A stretch of 64,000 nucleotides of DNA from an uncultured bacterium (GTDB taxonomy: Bacteria > Bacillota_I > Bacilli_A > RF39 > UBA660), in the NCBI GenBank assembly GCA_945935525.1, contig CAMERI010000001.1, forward strand, positions 227,548 to 291,547, given 5' to 3'. Shown one piece after another: positions 9,657 through 19,675 of this stretch (the first letter of the stretch is position 1; each line of letters opens with the position of its first letter). The position numbers and the translations under genes are program-made. The notes beneath the pieces are model-generated. The model was given only the letters and a program-made list of their open reading frames with translations, had not been told where the DNA came from and ran no database searches.

Positions 9657-11246
9657 TTATTTTGATACAATTATTGACTTCTTTGATAGTATTGTTGCTT
9701 TATATTTAGTACCAACCTTTTCGACTTTTGATATACAAGCATCCTTCATTTTTACTACTGTGTTGCTCATCTCTATATCTTCATCAAACATTGTTACTTT
9801 TCCTAACCCTAATTCCTCTCCACTTAATACTAGTCCTTCATTAACGGAATCATCAACTATTAAATCAAATGACATTTCGTTATTATATGTTTTTTGTTTC
9901 TTTCTTAAATAGTTGTACACAATATCTATAGAATTCATATTTCTGTAAAAATTCTCATTGTTAACTTTAAATTTATAGCCTAATTGGTTTTCTATAAATA
10001 TAATCTTATTAAAGTAATCTATTGTATCGTTAATGTTCTTAACATCTTTTTTATTATAGATATACTTACCATTACAATATGAATCAATTAAAGGTTTATC
10101 TGTGCCTTCTATTTTTACAATTATTTTTGTTTTTTTATCTTGCCCTAACATATGCCATTTATATAATTGCAATTGTTCTTTTGCATCATCTTTATATTTA
10201 TCCTTAACCAAATATGTATAATGAAATCCTAAATAATTACCTTTTTTAGTTAATTTTAATGTTAAAGAATATGGCTCATCAAATCTAGAGTTAGATACCA
10301 CACTTTCGTTTTCTGTAAATTTTAAAAGATGCATATCAATATTATTAAAACACAATTGTATAAAATCATTTTTCATAATTAATGTGAATTTTCTAACAGG
10401 TAACTCGTCAGATGGTTTTGGTAGTATATATAACATCGACCCTTTTTTGTTTTTTTGAAATGGTGATGGTATAGTTCCAAAATAATCTTTAGCATCTAAC
10501 ATTTTTCCTATAAGTACAGCTTTATTAGTCACATTAGCTTCTCCTGATAACCAATTAATATCTAGCATTCTGTTTCTTTCTTCTTCAGTCATGCCTGAAA
10601 CATCAAATGTTATTTTAGTATTAAAAGGATACTTTTCGTAAGCTTCTTTATTTTTTGCTACTATATGTTCATATGTATCATCATTATGAGAATATTTAAC
10701 TTCATAATAAGGTTTTAATTCATCTGGCAATTTTGATGATTGAATTTTCTCAATTGCTGAAAATGTTTTATTAACAGAATCTTTTATCATCTTATCTGCA
10801 TCTTCTATAGATGGATCAGCGAAATCTACTACTGTCTCTTTAAGTATAGATAACTCATTTTTTGTACTAATAACTTCTTGTTCTATAAATCCTGATGCTT
10901 TGTTAATAATACTAATAAATATATCAGCTATTTCACTTGCCCAATTATTTGAACTTATTATGTGACCTTCCTTAATAAATTCATTTATTAACTCTTGTGA
11001 TCTGTCATCATAATTATCATCTAGGTAATCAATAAAAAAATCTTTATTCATAATAGGTTTTATTTCTTTCGCTAATTTATCAAACTTAGTACCGCCAGTA
11101 CAATATCTACCTATCGAATCATCGTTAATCTCTTCTAAATACTTTATCTTAGTATTAGTAATAGCTTCTGATAATTCTTTTACTATTTCCGAACTACTAC
11201 AATTTAATATCTTTTTAAATATCTTAGAAAATATTGAAAAATCCAT
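9657..11246 (-). CDS. Hypothetical 530-aa cytosolic protein (accessory island)
   Basis: Long ORF. The start MDFSIFSK at 11246 has an AGGAGG RBS, and the upstream in-frame extension has no RBS. There is no family I can name. Confidence 0.5.
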   Translation of the reverse strand: MDFSIFSKIFKKILNCSSSEIVKELSEAITNTKIKYLEEINDDSIGRYCTGGTKFDKLAKEIKPIMNKDFFIDYLDDNYDDRSQELINEFIKEGHIISSNNWASEIADIFISIINKASGFIEQEVISTKNELSILKETVVDFADPSIEDADKMIKDSVNKTFSAIEKIQSSKLPDELKPYYEVKYSHNDDTYEHIVAKNKEAYEKYPFNTKITFDVSGMTEEERNRMLDINWLSGEANVTNKAVLIGKMLDAKDYFGTIPSPFQKNKKGSMLYILPKPSDELPVRKFTLIMKNDFIQLCFNNIDMHLLKFTENESVVSNSRFDEPYSLTLKLTKKGNYLGFHYTYLVKDKYKDDAKEQLQLYKWHMLGQDKKTKIIVKIEGTDKPLIDSYCNGKYIYNKKDVKNINDTIDYFNKIIFIENQLGYKFKVNNENFYRNMNSIDIVYNYLRKKQKTYNNEMSFDLIVDDSVNEGLVLSGEELGLGKVTMFDEDIEMSNTVVKMKDACISKVEKVGTKYKATILSKKSIIVSK

Positions 11247-11426
11247 ATAAAACCTCCTTTCGGACTCCTTCCAGTCCCAACAAATCCTTCCCAATCCTGA
11301 TAAAAGTTTCAATTTGTGTGATAATGAAACCAGTCAAGAGGAAGTGCACTCTTCTTGATAATATATTATAACAGATTTTTCCTATATTCTGGCCAAATAT
11401 GGAGAAAATTTAGGAGGAATTATCAA

Positions 11427-12113
11427 ATGACTAATTTTGAAGATAAAAAACCTAGAAAAGGCTGTAAAGATGTATTTAATGCATATATGGTTAATGAAGC
11501 AATATTTACTGGTGAATTCGATATACCCGTATGTTTAACTGACAAAATTGAAATACCTGAAAGAGTTATTGCTTATGATTTAACTAAATCAAGTACCGAT
11601 TATGAAGCATATGTTCATTTTTATATTGATGACCAAAAGTTTGATGGTCCACAAGGTATATGGAATAATCCAAAGAAAGCTTTAGATCGACTTCGAAAAT
11701 TTAAAGGTGTTATTACACCAGACTTCTCAACTAATATAGATTTTCCTGTATCATTAAAAATATTTAATACATATAAAATGAGAGCATTTGGTTGTTGGCT
11801 TAGATCTAATGGAATTAATGTAATTAATAATGTTAGATGGTCTGAACCTAATTCTTATAATTATTGTTTTGATGGTATACCTAAAAACAGCATTATTTCA
11901 ATTGGTACTATTGGTTGTATAAAAGATAGCTCATATTGGGATTTATATCAAAAAGGTTTAGATGAAATGATTGAAAGATTAGAACCTAAAATAATTCTTG
12001 TATATGGAAGATCACCAGACAAGTTCTTTAAAAAATACAAAGATAAAGGAATAATTATTCATCAATATGAAAGTCAAACAAGTCTAGCATTTAGAAAGAA
12101 GGAATTAGAATGA
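11427..12113 (+). CDS. DUF4417 domain protein
   Basis: Motifs 'KGCKDVFNAYMV...EAYVHFYIDD...IWNNPKK...FKGVITPDFS...IFNTYKMRAFGCWLRSNGINVI...CFDGIPKNSIISIGTIGCIK...ILVYG' match my recollection of the DUF4417 family, which is common in Firmicute mobile elements and phages. RBS TAGGAGG. Confidence 0.5.
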   Translation: MTNFEDKKPRKGCKDVFNAYMVNEAIFTGEFDIPVCLTDKIEIPERVIAYDLTKSSTDYEAYVHFYIDDQKFDGPQGIWNNPKKALDRLRKFKGVITPDFSTNIDFPVSLKIFNTYKMRAFGCWLRSNGINVINNVRWSEPNSYNYCFDGIPKNSIISIGTIGCIKDSSYWDLYQKGLDEMIERLEPKIILVYGRSPDKFFKKYKDKGIIIHQYESQTSLAFRKKELE

Positions 12114-12511
12114 AATCATCATCTGGACTTTATAAAAACACCTCTGGAACTAAAGCACTAAAGAAAAATAATAAAGAAAATATCGTTAAATCAATTAATA
12201 TAAATAAAGTTAACAAAATTCCTGAAAAAGTATCTCAGATAGATCATATATTTAGAGAAGATGAAGGTCACTTAACTTTTAGTGAAAAAAATGTTAAAAT
12301 TATATCGAAGTTGATTAATAACGATAAAAACATCTCACTAGAAAAAGATAAAAACGGAAATACTTGGTATTCCAAAACTAATGAAGATGGTTGCCAAATT
12401 TGGGGAAAAGTTCATAATAGAACTTTAAGTAATGGTGGAATAAATAAAACACCTAGACCATTAGACAAAGATACAGGATATGATAAAAATCCATTTAAAA
12501 AGAAGGAATAA
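12110..12511 (+). CDS. Small basic protein, toxin/nuclease-like (His-rich 'IDHIFREDEGH...WGKVHNRT')
   Basis: 4-bp ATGA overlap with the DUF4417 gene. Size and the His/Gly-His motifs recall HNH/GH-E-like or RNase toxin tips. No family is assigned. Confidence 0.35.
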   Translation: MKSSSGLYKNTSGTKALKKNNKENIVKSININKVNKIPEKVSQIDHIFREDEGHLTFSEKNVKIISKLINNDKNISLEKDKNGNTWYSKTNEDGCQIWGKVHNRTLSNGGINKTPRPLDKDTGYDKNPFKKKE

Positions 12512-12516
12512 TATTT

Positions 12517-12837
12517 ATGAAACTCATAGATTTAAAAAAATATTATTTTCATGATAGTTCTATTTTAGAAATAGTTAAAACTAATGATGTTATTAAATTA
12601 AAAATAGACTTTTGTTTATTTATGCAAGATAACTACATTGAAGGAACTAAAGAAAATTGCATATTAGAACTAACTTTCAATGGAGCATCAACAAATATTG
12701 AAAATATTGAAGTTAATACAATCATAGATACAAAAATAGATGAAAACAAAATTGTATTTAATTTAAACATAGATAAAAATGATGATTATATTCAATTAGA
12801 AATACAAGCCTCATCTGTAGAATTATCTATAAATTAG
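12517..12837 (+). CDS. Small acidic protein (candidate immunity/antitoxin)
   Basis: 106 aa and acidic; it follows 5 bp after the toxin-like gene. Confidence 0.3.
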   Translation: MKLIDLKKYYFHDSSILEIVKTNDVIKLKIDFCLFMQDNYIEGTKENCILELTFNGASTNIENIEVNTIIDTKIDENKIVFNLNIDKNDDYIQLEIQASSVELSIN

Positions 12838-12851
12838 AAAGGAGACTAAAT

Positions 12852-13184
12852 ATGTTAAATACTTATACATCATTTAAATTATTATATTACGCATTAGATT
12901 CAATTTTTGATGAAACTAAAGAAGAAGAATTAGGTGAATTTTGTAGCAATATGAACCCTTTTATATTTGCTGATGAAGGTTCTGCTGACCCTGCTATATA
13001 TTCAAATTACAAAAAACAATTTGAAGAAAGATTCAACAAAGAATGTTCAATATCTGAAGCTTATGAATTTGCAAAAGAATATTTAAATAAAGAAGTTGAT
13101 ATTTATGCAAAACATGCTGTTGATGCATTTAGTAGAGTTTCATTAGAAGATTGGACAAATGCCGCTAATAATATGAACGATTAA
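12852..13184 (+). CDS. Small acidic protein (candidate immunity/antitoxin)
   Basis: 110 aa and acidic, with its own RBS (AGGAGA); last gene of the block. Confidence 0.3.
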   Translation: MLNTYTSFKLLYYALDSIFDETKEEELGEFCSNMNPFIFADEGSADPAIYSNYKKQFEERFNKECSISEAYEFAKEYLNKEVDIYAKHAVDAFSRVSLEDWTNAANNMND

Positions 13185-13489
13185 CATTGAGAACTATATG
13201 GTTTGGTTGATAAAATACGTACACTTCTTCTTGAAGAGTATTAAAACACTTACAATTCCTTTATTTAAAAGGTTTTAAAAGGTATTATTCTACTCTACAT
13301 ACAAATTACATACGAATAATTCTTGGCATCATTCTTAAAATATTACAATTTTTGAGTACCTAAACAAAGGGCTTCAAACCCTTATAATTCCTAGAAAAGT
13401 CACGTTTTTCGCTTACATTATTTGAGCCTAATCTGTACCTAAACTCAACTTTTTCAAATTTCACAAACCCTTATTTTATCGCACAAAAA

Positions 13490-13530
13490 ATGAAGATGCC
13501 TTTGACAGCATCTTCTTCAGGGGGGTTAAT
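13490..13530 (-). terminator. Rho-independent terminator on the minus strand (gaagatgc/gcatcttc hairpin plus T-run)
   Basis: Minus strand reads gaagatgctgtcaaaggcatcttc followed by attttttgtg. Confidence 0.45.
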
Positions 13531-13544
13531 GGAGGCGATGTTAT

Positions 13545-13634
13545 ATGAGTAAAAAAGATTATTTAATAAGTTCTTTACTTGTTATCATTTTCTTATTACT
13601 TTTTATAATATTTTTATTAATTTTCATAAATTAA
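13545..13634 (+). CDS. 29-aa hydrophobic peptide MSKKDYLISSLLVIIFLLLFIIFLLIFIN (candidate type I toxin-like small membrane peptide)
   Basis: GGAGG RBS 8 nt upstream of the ATG; charged N-terminus followed by one TM helix; lies between two hairpin terminators. Confidence 0.3.
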   Translation: MSKKDYLISSLLVIIFLLLFIIFLLIFIN

Positions 13635-13645
13635 TAAAAATACCT

Positions 13646-13682
13646 AACTCACTTTGTAGTTAGGTATTACAACAACATGATA
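13646..13682 (-). terminator. Rho-independent terminator for the pilin-like gene (acctaact/agttaggt hairpin plus T-run on the minus strand)
   Basis: Inverted repeat with an 8-nt loop, followed on the minus strand by ttttattaattta. Confidence 0.55.
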
Positions 13683-13755
13683 CCTGGCCTACAAAGGGTC
13701 AGGTGCTTCACTAAAATTAATTTATCATATTTTAATATATATTGTAAATAATTTA

Positions 13756-14166
13756 TTATTTTTCATTATAAAATTTACATTCATAATTATCTAAATTACC
13801 TTTTTCAATATTATTATCAGATAAATCTTTTATAGTTTGATTATCTTCTAAAGAAACAAGGTACTCTCCATCAGATACTTTAATACTTACTACTTGTCCA
13901 TCATCACTTAAATAAACGCAATATTGCAGTTTACTATCAAAACCATCTAATTTTGTATCATCTTTTGAACTTACTACCTTTGTATTATTACCACTTCTAA
14001 ATCTATTTTCAGCTTCACTATAAACCTTTTTAGTTTCATTAATAACATATTCTTTTTTAGAATTCTTTACAACATTATAAACGTTAGGAAGTGCTATTAT
14101 AACTATAATTGTCAATATGATAATAATTGTTAAAAACTCTATTAAAGTAAAACCAGTTTTATTCAT
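13756..14166 (-). CDS. Prepilin-type N-terminal cleavage/methylation domain protein (type IV pilin/ComGC-like)
   Basis: N-terminus MNKTGFTLIEFLTIIIILTIIVI carries the class III signal G/FTLIE; 136 aa. Confidence 0.65.
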   Translation of the reverse strand: MNKTGFTLIEFLTIIIILTIIVIIALPNVYNVVKNSKKEYVINETKKVYSEAENRFRSGNNTKVVSSKDDTKLDGFDSKLQYCVYLSDDGQVVSIKVSDGEYLVSLEDNQTIKDLSDNNIEKGNLDNYECKFYNEK

Positions 14167-14202
14167 CCCTTCTCCTTAAATAAAATACCAAGAAATTAAT
14201 CC

Positions 14203-14661
14203 TTAGTATTTACTATCTACGTCATTAAAATCAACTTTATCCATTTCTTCAATAACTTCTAATTGATTTTCTATTATTTGTTTTAATCTTCGTTTTAAAA
14301 TATTAGTATTTCTTTTTAGTTGATCAGCGTGATTTTGAGCTTTTTCTGCTTTTAATAAAGCATCATTTATTATTCTACTTGCATTATGTCTTGCTTCAGT
14401 AACTAAAGACTCTGCCTCTCTTCTTGCACTACTCTTTATTTGGTCACCTGCTGCTTCGGCAGTATATATTGCTCTATTCATAGTATCTTCTATTCTTTGA
14501 TAGTAAGAAATTTGTTCAACTAATTTTTTATTTTCATCTTCTGTTTTCTGACTCTTCTTAAGTAAAGCTTCATAATTATTTATTATTTCGTCTAAACATT
14601 TTTGAACTTGATACTTATCATAGCCACGGAAAACAGTATCGAACTTTTTCATAAGCTCCAC
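14203..14661 (-). CDS. divIVA: DivIVA-domain cell division protein
   Basis: 'KFDTVFRGYDKYQVQKCLDEI' is the DivIVA N-terminal domain, followed by coiled coil; it is immediately downstream of sepF. Confidence 0.7.
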   Translation of the reverse strand: MELMKKFDTVFRGYDKYQVQKCLDEIINNYEALLKKSQKTEDENKKLVEQISYYQRIEDTMNRAIYTAEAAGDQIKSSARREAESLVTEARHNASRIINDALLKAEKAQNHADQLKRNTNILKRRLKQIIENQLEVIEEMDKVDFNDVDSKY

Positions 14662-14684
14662 CTCTAATATTTTAAAACTTTATA

Positions 14685-15071
14685 TTACCATTCTCCTGTA
14701 TCTGCTTTTTTAGTTTTTTTAGTATCGTCTTCTGTTATATTTCCTTCAATCTCAAATCCTTTAGGTGCACAAATAACAATACCAGGACCTAACTTTTGCA
14801 TAGTTCCTTCAATCGCATAAATTATACCATTAAGAAAATCCATAATTCTCTTAGATACATCTGAAGTGACTCTTTTAAAGTTAACAACAACTTGATTTTT
14901 AGCCTTTAAATAATCAGCTATTTGTTGTGCTTCAGAAAATGCTCTTGGTTCTACTAAAATAGTTTTATTTCTATATTCTTCTTTTTTATTTTTAGTTATT
15001 TCTTTTGTTTCATATTCTTCTACGCCTTCATCATCATCTTCAGGCTTAAATATGTTATTAATAAATCCCAT
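14685..15071 (-). CDS. sepF: Cell division protein SepF
   Basis: C-terminal SepF core 'VEPRAFSEAQQIADYLKAKNQVVVNF...IVICAPKGFEI'. Confidence 0.7.
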   Translation of the reverse strand: MGFINNIFKPEDDDEGVEEYETKEITKNKKEEYRNKTILVEPRAFSEAQQIADYLKAKNQVVVNFKRVTSDVSKRIMDFLNGIIYAIEGTMQKLGPGIVICAPKGFEIEGNITEDDTKKTKKADTGEW

Positions 15072-15200
15072 AAGTGTTCCTCCTTATTCTCGTACTACAA
15101 TACCATTTTAACACAATAATAAACTAGTATCAATAATAAAATTGATAAATTTAACAAGAAAAACTGACAATTTTCTACCAAAAAAGAAATTATATAATTT

Positions 15201-16577
15201 CTAGAACTCTATTCTTTCTTCAATATAATTTCTTAAATCTTCTAATTTTATAGTTTCTTGTTCCATAGTGTCTCTATCTCTAACAGTTACTGTACCATTA
15301 TTAATAGTTTCATCATCTACTGTTACGCAAAATGGCGTACCTACTGCATCAGCTCTTCTATAACGTTTACCTATAGATGCAGTTTCATCATAACTACACA
15401 TAAAGTATTTAGATAAACTCTTATATACTTCTTGTGCTTTTTCACTATGATATTTTTTAACTAGTGGAAGTATTGTAACCTTAATAGGTGCTAAGAAAGG
15501 ATGAAGTCTTAATACTTCTCTTTCATCAGTATCACTAAGTTTTTCTTTTTCATAACTATCACATAACACTGTTAAGAATAGTCTTTCTACTCCTAGTGAC
15601 GGTTCTATTACATAAGGAATATATTTTTCATTAGTTTCTGGATCTAAGTATTCTAAACTTTGACAACTTACTTTCATATGTTGACTCAAATCATAATTAG
15701 TTCTTGATGCAATTCCCCAAAGTTCTCCCCATCCGAATGGAAATTTATATTCTATATCAGTAGTAGCATTACTATAAAAACTCAATTCTTCTTTTTCATG
15801 ATCTCTAAGTCTTAAGTTTTCTTCTTTAATACCAAGGCTTAATAAGAAATTCTTACAATATTCTTTATAATGTTTAAACCAATCTAGTTCTGTTCCTGGT
15901 TTACAGAAAAATTCAAGTTCCATTTGATCGAATTCACGTACTCTAAATATAAAATTACCTGGTGTAATTTCATTTCTAAATGATTTACCTATTTGTCCAA
16001 TACCAAATGGTAATTTAAGTCTCATACTACGTTCAACATTCTTAAAGTTTACAAATATTCCTTGAGCAGTTTCCGGTCTTAAATATACTGTACTTTTAGC
16101 ATCTTCAGTAACTCCTTGGAATGTCTTAAACATTAAGTTAAAGTTTCTAATATCAGTAAAGTCACTACTTCCACAATTAGGACACACAACATTATGTTCT
16201 CTAATATAATTCATCAATTCTTCATTACTAAATTTACCAGCATCTTCAACACCTAAATCTTCTAATAATTTATCTGCTCTATGACGAGTTTTACAATGCT
16301 TACAATCTATAAGTGGATCACTAAAAGTCTTTAAGTGTCCACTTGCTTCCCAAGTCTTAGGATTCATAAGTATTGCCGAATCTAAAGCAACATTATTAAC
16401 ATCTTCTTGAATAAATTTCTTAGTCCAAGCTAATTTAATATTATTTTTAAGAATTGCTCCTAAAGGTCCAAAATCCCAAGTATTAGCAAGTCCTCCATAT
16501 ATCTCACTTCCTTGGAAGATAAATCCATAATTTTTACAATAATTAGTAAGTTCTTCCATAGTTATTTTCTTTTCCAT
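15201..16577 (-). CDS. glyQS: Glycine--tRNA ligase (alpha2 GlyQS type)
   Basis: N-terminus '[36 protein letters not shown]' is the class II GlyRS signature; 458 aa. Confidence 0.85.
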   Translation of the reverse strand: MEKKITMEELTNYCKNYGFIFQGSEIYGGLANTWDFGPLGAILKNNIKLAWTKKFIQEDVNNVALDSAILMNPKTWEASGHLKTFSDPLIDCKHCKTRHRADKLLEDLGVEDAGKFSNEELMNYIREHNVVCPNCGSSDFTDIRNFNLMFKTFQGVTEDAKSTVYLRPETAQGIFVNFKNVERSMRLKLPFGIGQIGKSFRNEITPGNFIFRVREFDQMELEFFCKPGTELDWFKHYKEYCKNFLLSLGIKEENLRLRDHEKEELSFYSNATTDIEYKFPFGWGELWGIASRTNYDLSQHMKVSCQSLEYLDPETNEKYIPYVIEPSLGVERLFLTVLCDSYEKEKLSDTDEREVLRLHPFLAPIKVTILPLVKKYHSEKAQEVYKSLSKYFMCSYDETASIGKRYRRADAVGTPFCVTVDDETINNGTVTVRDRDTMEQETIKLEDLRNYIEERIEF

Positions 16578-17365
16578 TAAAATCCCTCCATTTTTAGTTG
16601 TAATTTTCTTAGTTCTTCTTTTTCTTTTCTTATTTTTTCACACTTTTTATTATGTTCTTCTACTTTCTTTAAAATATCTTTATTCATCATACCAAGAATT
16701 ACTCTTTTACCATTACCAACTAATTCATAATTACTATTATATTCTTCACCGTTTTTAGGTTTAACAACAGTTATTACATCATCACCAAATATTTCATTTA
16801 AGAATGTTTCTACGAATGTACTCTCACATTCAGGTAATTTACCATTCTTACGAGATAAATTAAATTTAACTGAACCACCTCTTGTTAAAGAATATGAACT
16901 AGTATCTCCATAATTAACATTAAGTCCATACATATCACAAGGATGATTATATAAGAAATAATATCTATCTCTTACATATTTATTTAATATTTTTGTTTTT
17001 TCTACTAAAGTAGTTTCATCATTAATAATTAACAATTTACCACTTTCTGATCCTACATAATATATAGGTCCAGTAATTCTACTAAAATCATCAGATACAA
17101 AATTAAGTCTATTATAATTCAAAAAGTATTCTATAATAGATCTTTTTATTTCTTCATCACTTTTCCCTCGCAAAGAATCAGTAAATGATTTATTCATATG
17201 TATTGTATCTAACACTTTACCGCTTACTTTAATAACTCCATCTCTAACAGTTATTGTTTCATAAAAGTTTTGATCTAGTTGTTTTATTCCTTCTATTTTC
17301 ATGCCTTCCTCCAATAAATAAAAAACTTCTAAAACATCATAAGGGTCCTTTAAGGACGGTTCCAC
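16577..17365 (-). CDS. Hypothetical protein upstream of glyQS
   Basis: 262-aa ORF overlapping glyQS by 1 nt. It sits where recO lies in Bacillus, but the sequence does not look like RecO. Confidence 0.4.
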   Translation of the reverse strand: MEPSLKDPYDVLEVFYLLEEGMKIEGIKQLDQNFYETITVRDGVIKVSGKVLDTIHMNKSFTDSLRGKSDEEIKRSIIEYFLNYNRLNFVSDDFSRITGPIYYVGSESGKLLIINDETTLVEKTKILNKYVRDRYYFLYNHPCDMYGLNVNYGDTSSYSLTRGGSVKFNLSRKNGKLPECESTFVETFLNEIFGDDVITVVKPKNGEEYNSNYELVGNGKRVILGMMNKDILKKVEEHNKKCEKIRKEKEELRKLQLKMEGF

Positions 17366-17457
17366 CTTATTTATTCTAGAAGAATCACTTTAAATCTATA
17401 GCCTAAGTGCTTTACCATCACACTATCATCGCTCAATACATGTATTTTAACACATTA

Positions 17458-19599
17458 TTATTTACTTTTCAATACAAGTTGTTTTGTTTTTAAGAAATCA
17501 TCCTTTTTACAATCTTTTGGTGTAAATCTTTTTTCTTCAAATTCTAACATTTCGATTTCACCTCTTTGATTTACATACATATCTACAAAGTATGCACCCA
17601 TAGTATTTTCAAGTCCTTGCCTTATAGCAAAATTAGTTTTAGCTGTCAAACATGGTATTAAGAATGCTATTACATTTCTATAAGCCATCATATGGCTTTG
17701 ATGAAAGTGTCCACTACCAAGTATGTTAGGTTTACACCCAGGCTCCATTTTATCTATATATTTTTGCATTTTATAAGAAAGGCTTGATGCACATCCACCT
17801 CCAGGATGATACATCTCCTCAATCGTTTTAGGACTTTCTTTAGGACTGAATATTCCTTTATCGTCACCCATAAAATGTAAGTCAGGTCTAAGTCTTTCAA
17901 TAGCAGGTCCCATAAATAATCCACCATTCTTAGCATGAGTTTGATCATGAGTACCAGTTATAAAATATGTATCTACTCCTTCAACCTTAGGATAATAATT
18001 AACTATATATTCAAGTTGTCTTGAAGCCCCTTGTCTAAATAAAGCATATTGATGTTCTGGTCTGTTATGATAATCTCCATCAAGTACATCTCCAAAATGT
18101 AAAACAGTATCAATTCCTTTATCACGAGTTTCCCTATATATTTGATTCACGAGTCCAAGTTGTTGAGTTTCATTACAAAAATGTGTGTCAGATATCCATG
18201 TTTGTTTAATATGAGTTAATTCTTCAATCTGAGGCTTAATAGTTTTACTACTTCTTCCTTTATTTTTCTTTATAACAATCTTACTACCAGATTTATCCAT
18301 TAAATCTATGTCATACCCCTTAAGTTTTAATTCTTCAACAATACCGCCAAACTTTAAAGTACTAATTCCTAATCTAGAACATATTTTGTCTACTTTTTCA
18401 CCACTTTTAATATTAGAATATACTTTATCTCTATAATCTTTAATAACTGGCTTACTTAAATATATACTTTCATTATCAGTAAGATAAAGTGTTTTAAAAT
18501 TCTTATAGTCATCTTTTATAGTTTGATAATATGGAATATACATTTGACTAGTATTTCTTAAATTACCTTTTTTATCTTTTTTTAATGTAATAATCCAACT
18601 ACCAACAGTATTATATACTGGTGTATTAGCATCCTTCATTTCATCTGTAGTACTAACCACAGTAGGAACTTGATAAGAACGCACACCACGTCTTAAAAAA
18701 GAATCACAAGCAGCAAAATGACTAGTAACAAGTATATCAGTTTTATCTTCATTTCTAAGCGCAGCTATCTTTTGTTGAGGTTTATAACTTATAGTATATG
18801 GAACATTACCACTAGAATGTTGTAAATAAATAGATACACTTCCATTTCCTGTGTCACTAATAAACGTAACTTTCTTACGTCTAGGACCTAAATAAATCAT
18901 ATCATCTCTTTTAGAAGCAATTAACTTACCTATATCTACCTTCTCTTTAGTCTTTAAAAAAGATAAATCATGTTCACCAGTAACAAAATATGTGGTTATC
19001 CCTTCAACTCTTGGAAAACAAGAAGCTACATAATCAGCTTGATCTTCATATCCATCCTTATGTAAGGTAGAATTATATATACTTTTACTACCCCTATATA
19101 TTCCTTCAACTACATCACCAGTTAAAAATACATACTTAACACCCATAGCTTTAGCTTTTAAATACATATCATTTAAAATACTTGTTTGCTGATATATACT
19201 GCCAAATCTAGTATCGGATATAAGCATGCACTTAATATTTTCATCATTACTTATAATATCATAAGAAAGATCATTAATTAATTGTTCATGACCAAAATTA
19301 CGTATTAAAGTTACAGTAGTTTTATCTTCATTCTCATAATTAGAAGCAGAAGTATTCATAATGACAATATTATTACCTCTTTTTTTAAGTTCATGAATAA
19401 GTACAAACATATCTTCACGACTTATATTATAAGACCTACATAAATCTTCAAGAATACATTCTTCTGCTAAAGTATCAAATTGTAATTGATCAGCAAGTTC
19501 CTTTAAGTTTGAAGAAGTTACTTCAATTAAACCATTATCCCCTGTTTTAATTATGTCATCTTCACCAAGTATTAATCCATTATTAATTTTCTTAACCAT
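17458..19599 (-). CDS. Tandem calcineurin-like metallophosphoesterase domain protein
   Basis: Two sets of MPP motifs (GDVVEG...GEHD; GDVLDG...GTHD...GHFH); 713 aa. Confidence 0.6.
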   Translation of the reverse strand: MVKKINNGLILGEDDIIKTGDNGLIEVTSSNLKELADQLQFDTLAEECILEDLCRSYNISREDMFVLIHELKKRGNNIVIMNTSASNYENEDKTTVTLIRNFGHEQLINDLSYDIISNDENIKCMLISDTRFGSIYQQTSILNDMYLKAKAMGVKYVFLTGDVVEGIYRGSKSIYNSTLHKDGYEDQADYVASCFPRVEGITTYFVTGEHDLSFLKTKEKVDIGKLIASKRDDMIYLGPRRKKVTFISDTGNGSVSIYLQHSSGNVPYTISYKPQQKIAALRNEDKTDILVTSHFAACDSFLRRGVRSYQVPTVVSTTDEMKDANTPVYNTVGSWIITLKKDKKGNLRNTSQMYIPYYQTIKDDYKNFKTLYLTDNESIYLSKPVIKDYRDKVYSNIKSGEKVDKICSRLGISTLKFGGIVEELKLKGYDIDLMDKSGSKIVIKKNKGRSSKTIKPQIEELTHIKQTWISDTHFCNETQQLGLVNQIYRETRDKGIDTVLHFGDVLDGDYHNRPEHQYALFRQGASRQLEYIVNYYPKVEGVDTYFITGTHDQTHAKNGGLFMGPAIERLRPDLHFMGDDKGIFSPKESPKTIEEMYHPGGGCASSLSYKMQKYIDKMEPGCKPNILGSGHFHQSHMMAYRNVIAFLIPCLTAKTNFAIRQGLENTMGAYFVDMYVNQRGEIEMLEFEEKRFTPKDCKKDDFLKTKQLVLKSK

Positions 19600-19675
19600 T
19601 AATACTACCTACCTATCTTACTTTAAGTATATTATTTTATTAAAAAAAATTCAATTTATTTTTTAAAATTGAATT

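Noticed and set aside
15201-16577. Initial impression of prolyl-tRNA synthetase
   Set aside because: The N-terminal motif '[23 protein letters not shown]' is the GlyRS (glyQS) signature, not ProRS.
16577-17365. RecO, by position upstream of glyQS
   Set aside because: The sequence lacks the RecO N-terminal OB-fold pattern and its spaced CxxC zinc motif, so it is kept as hypothetical.
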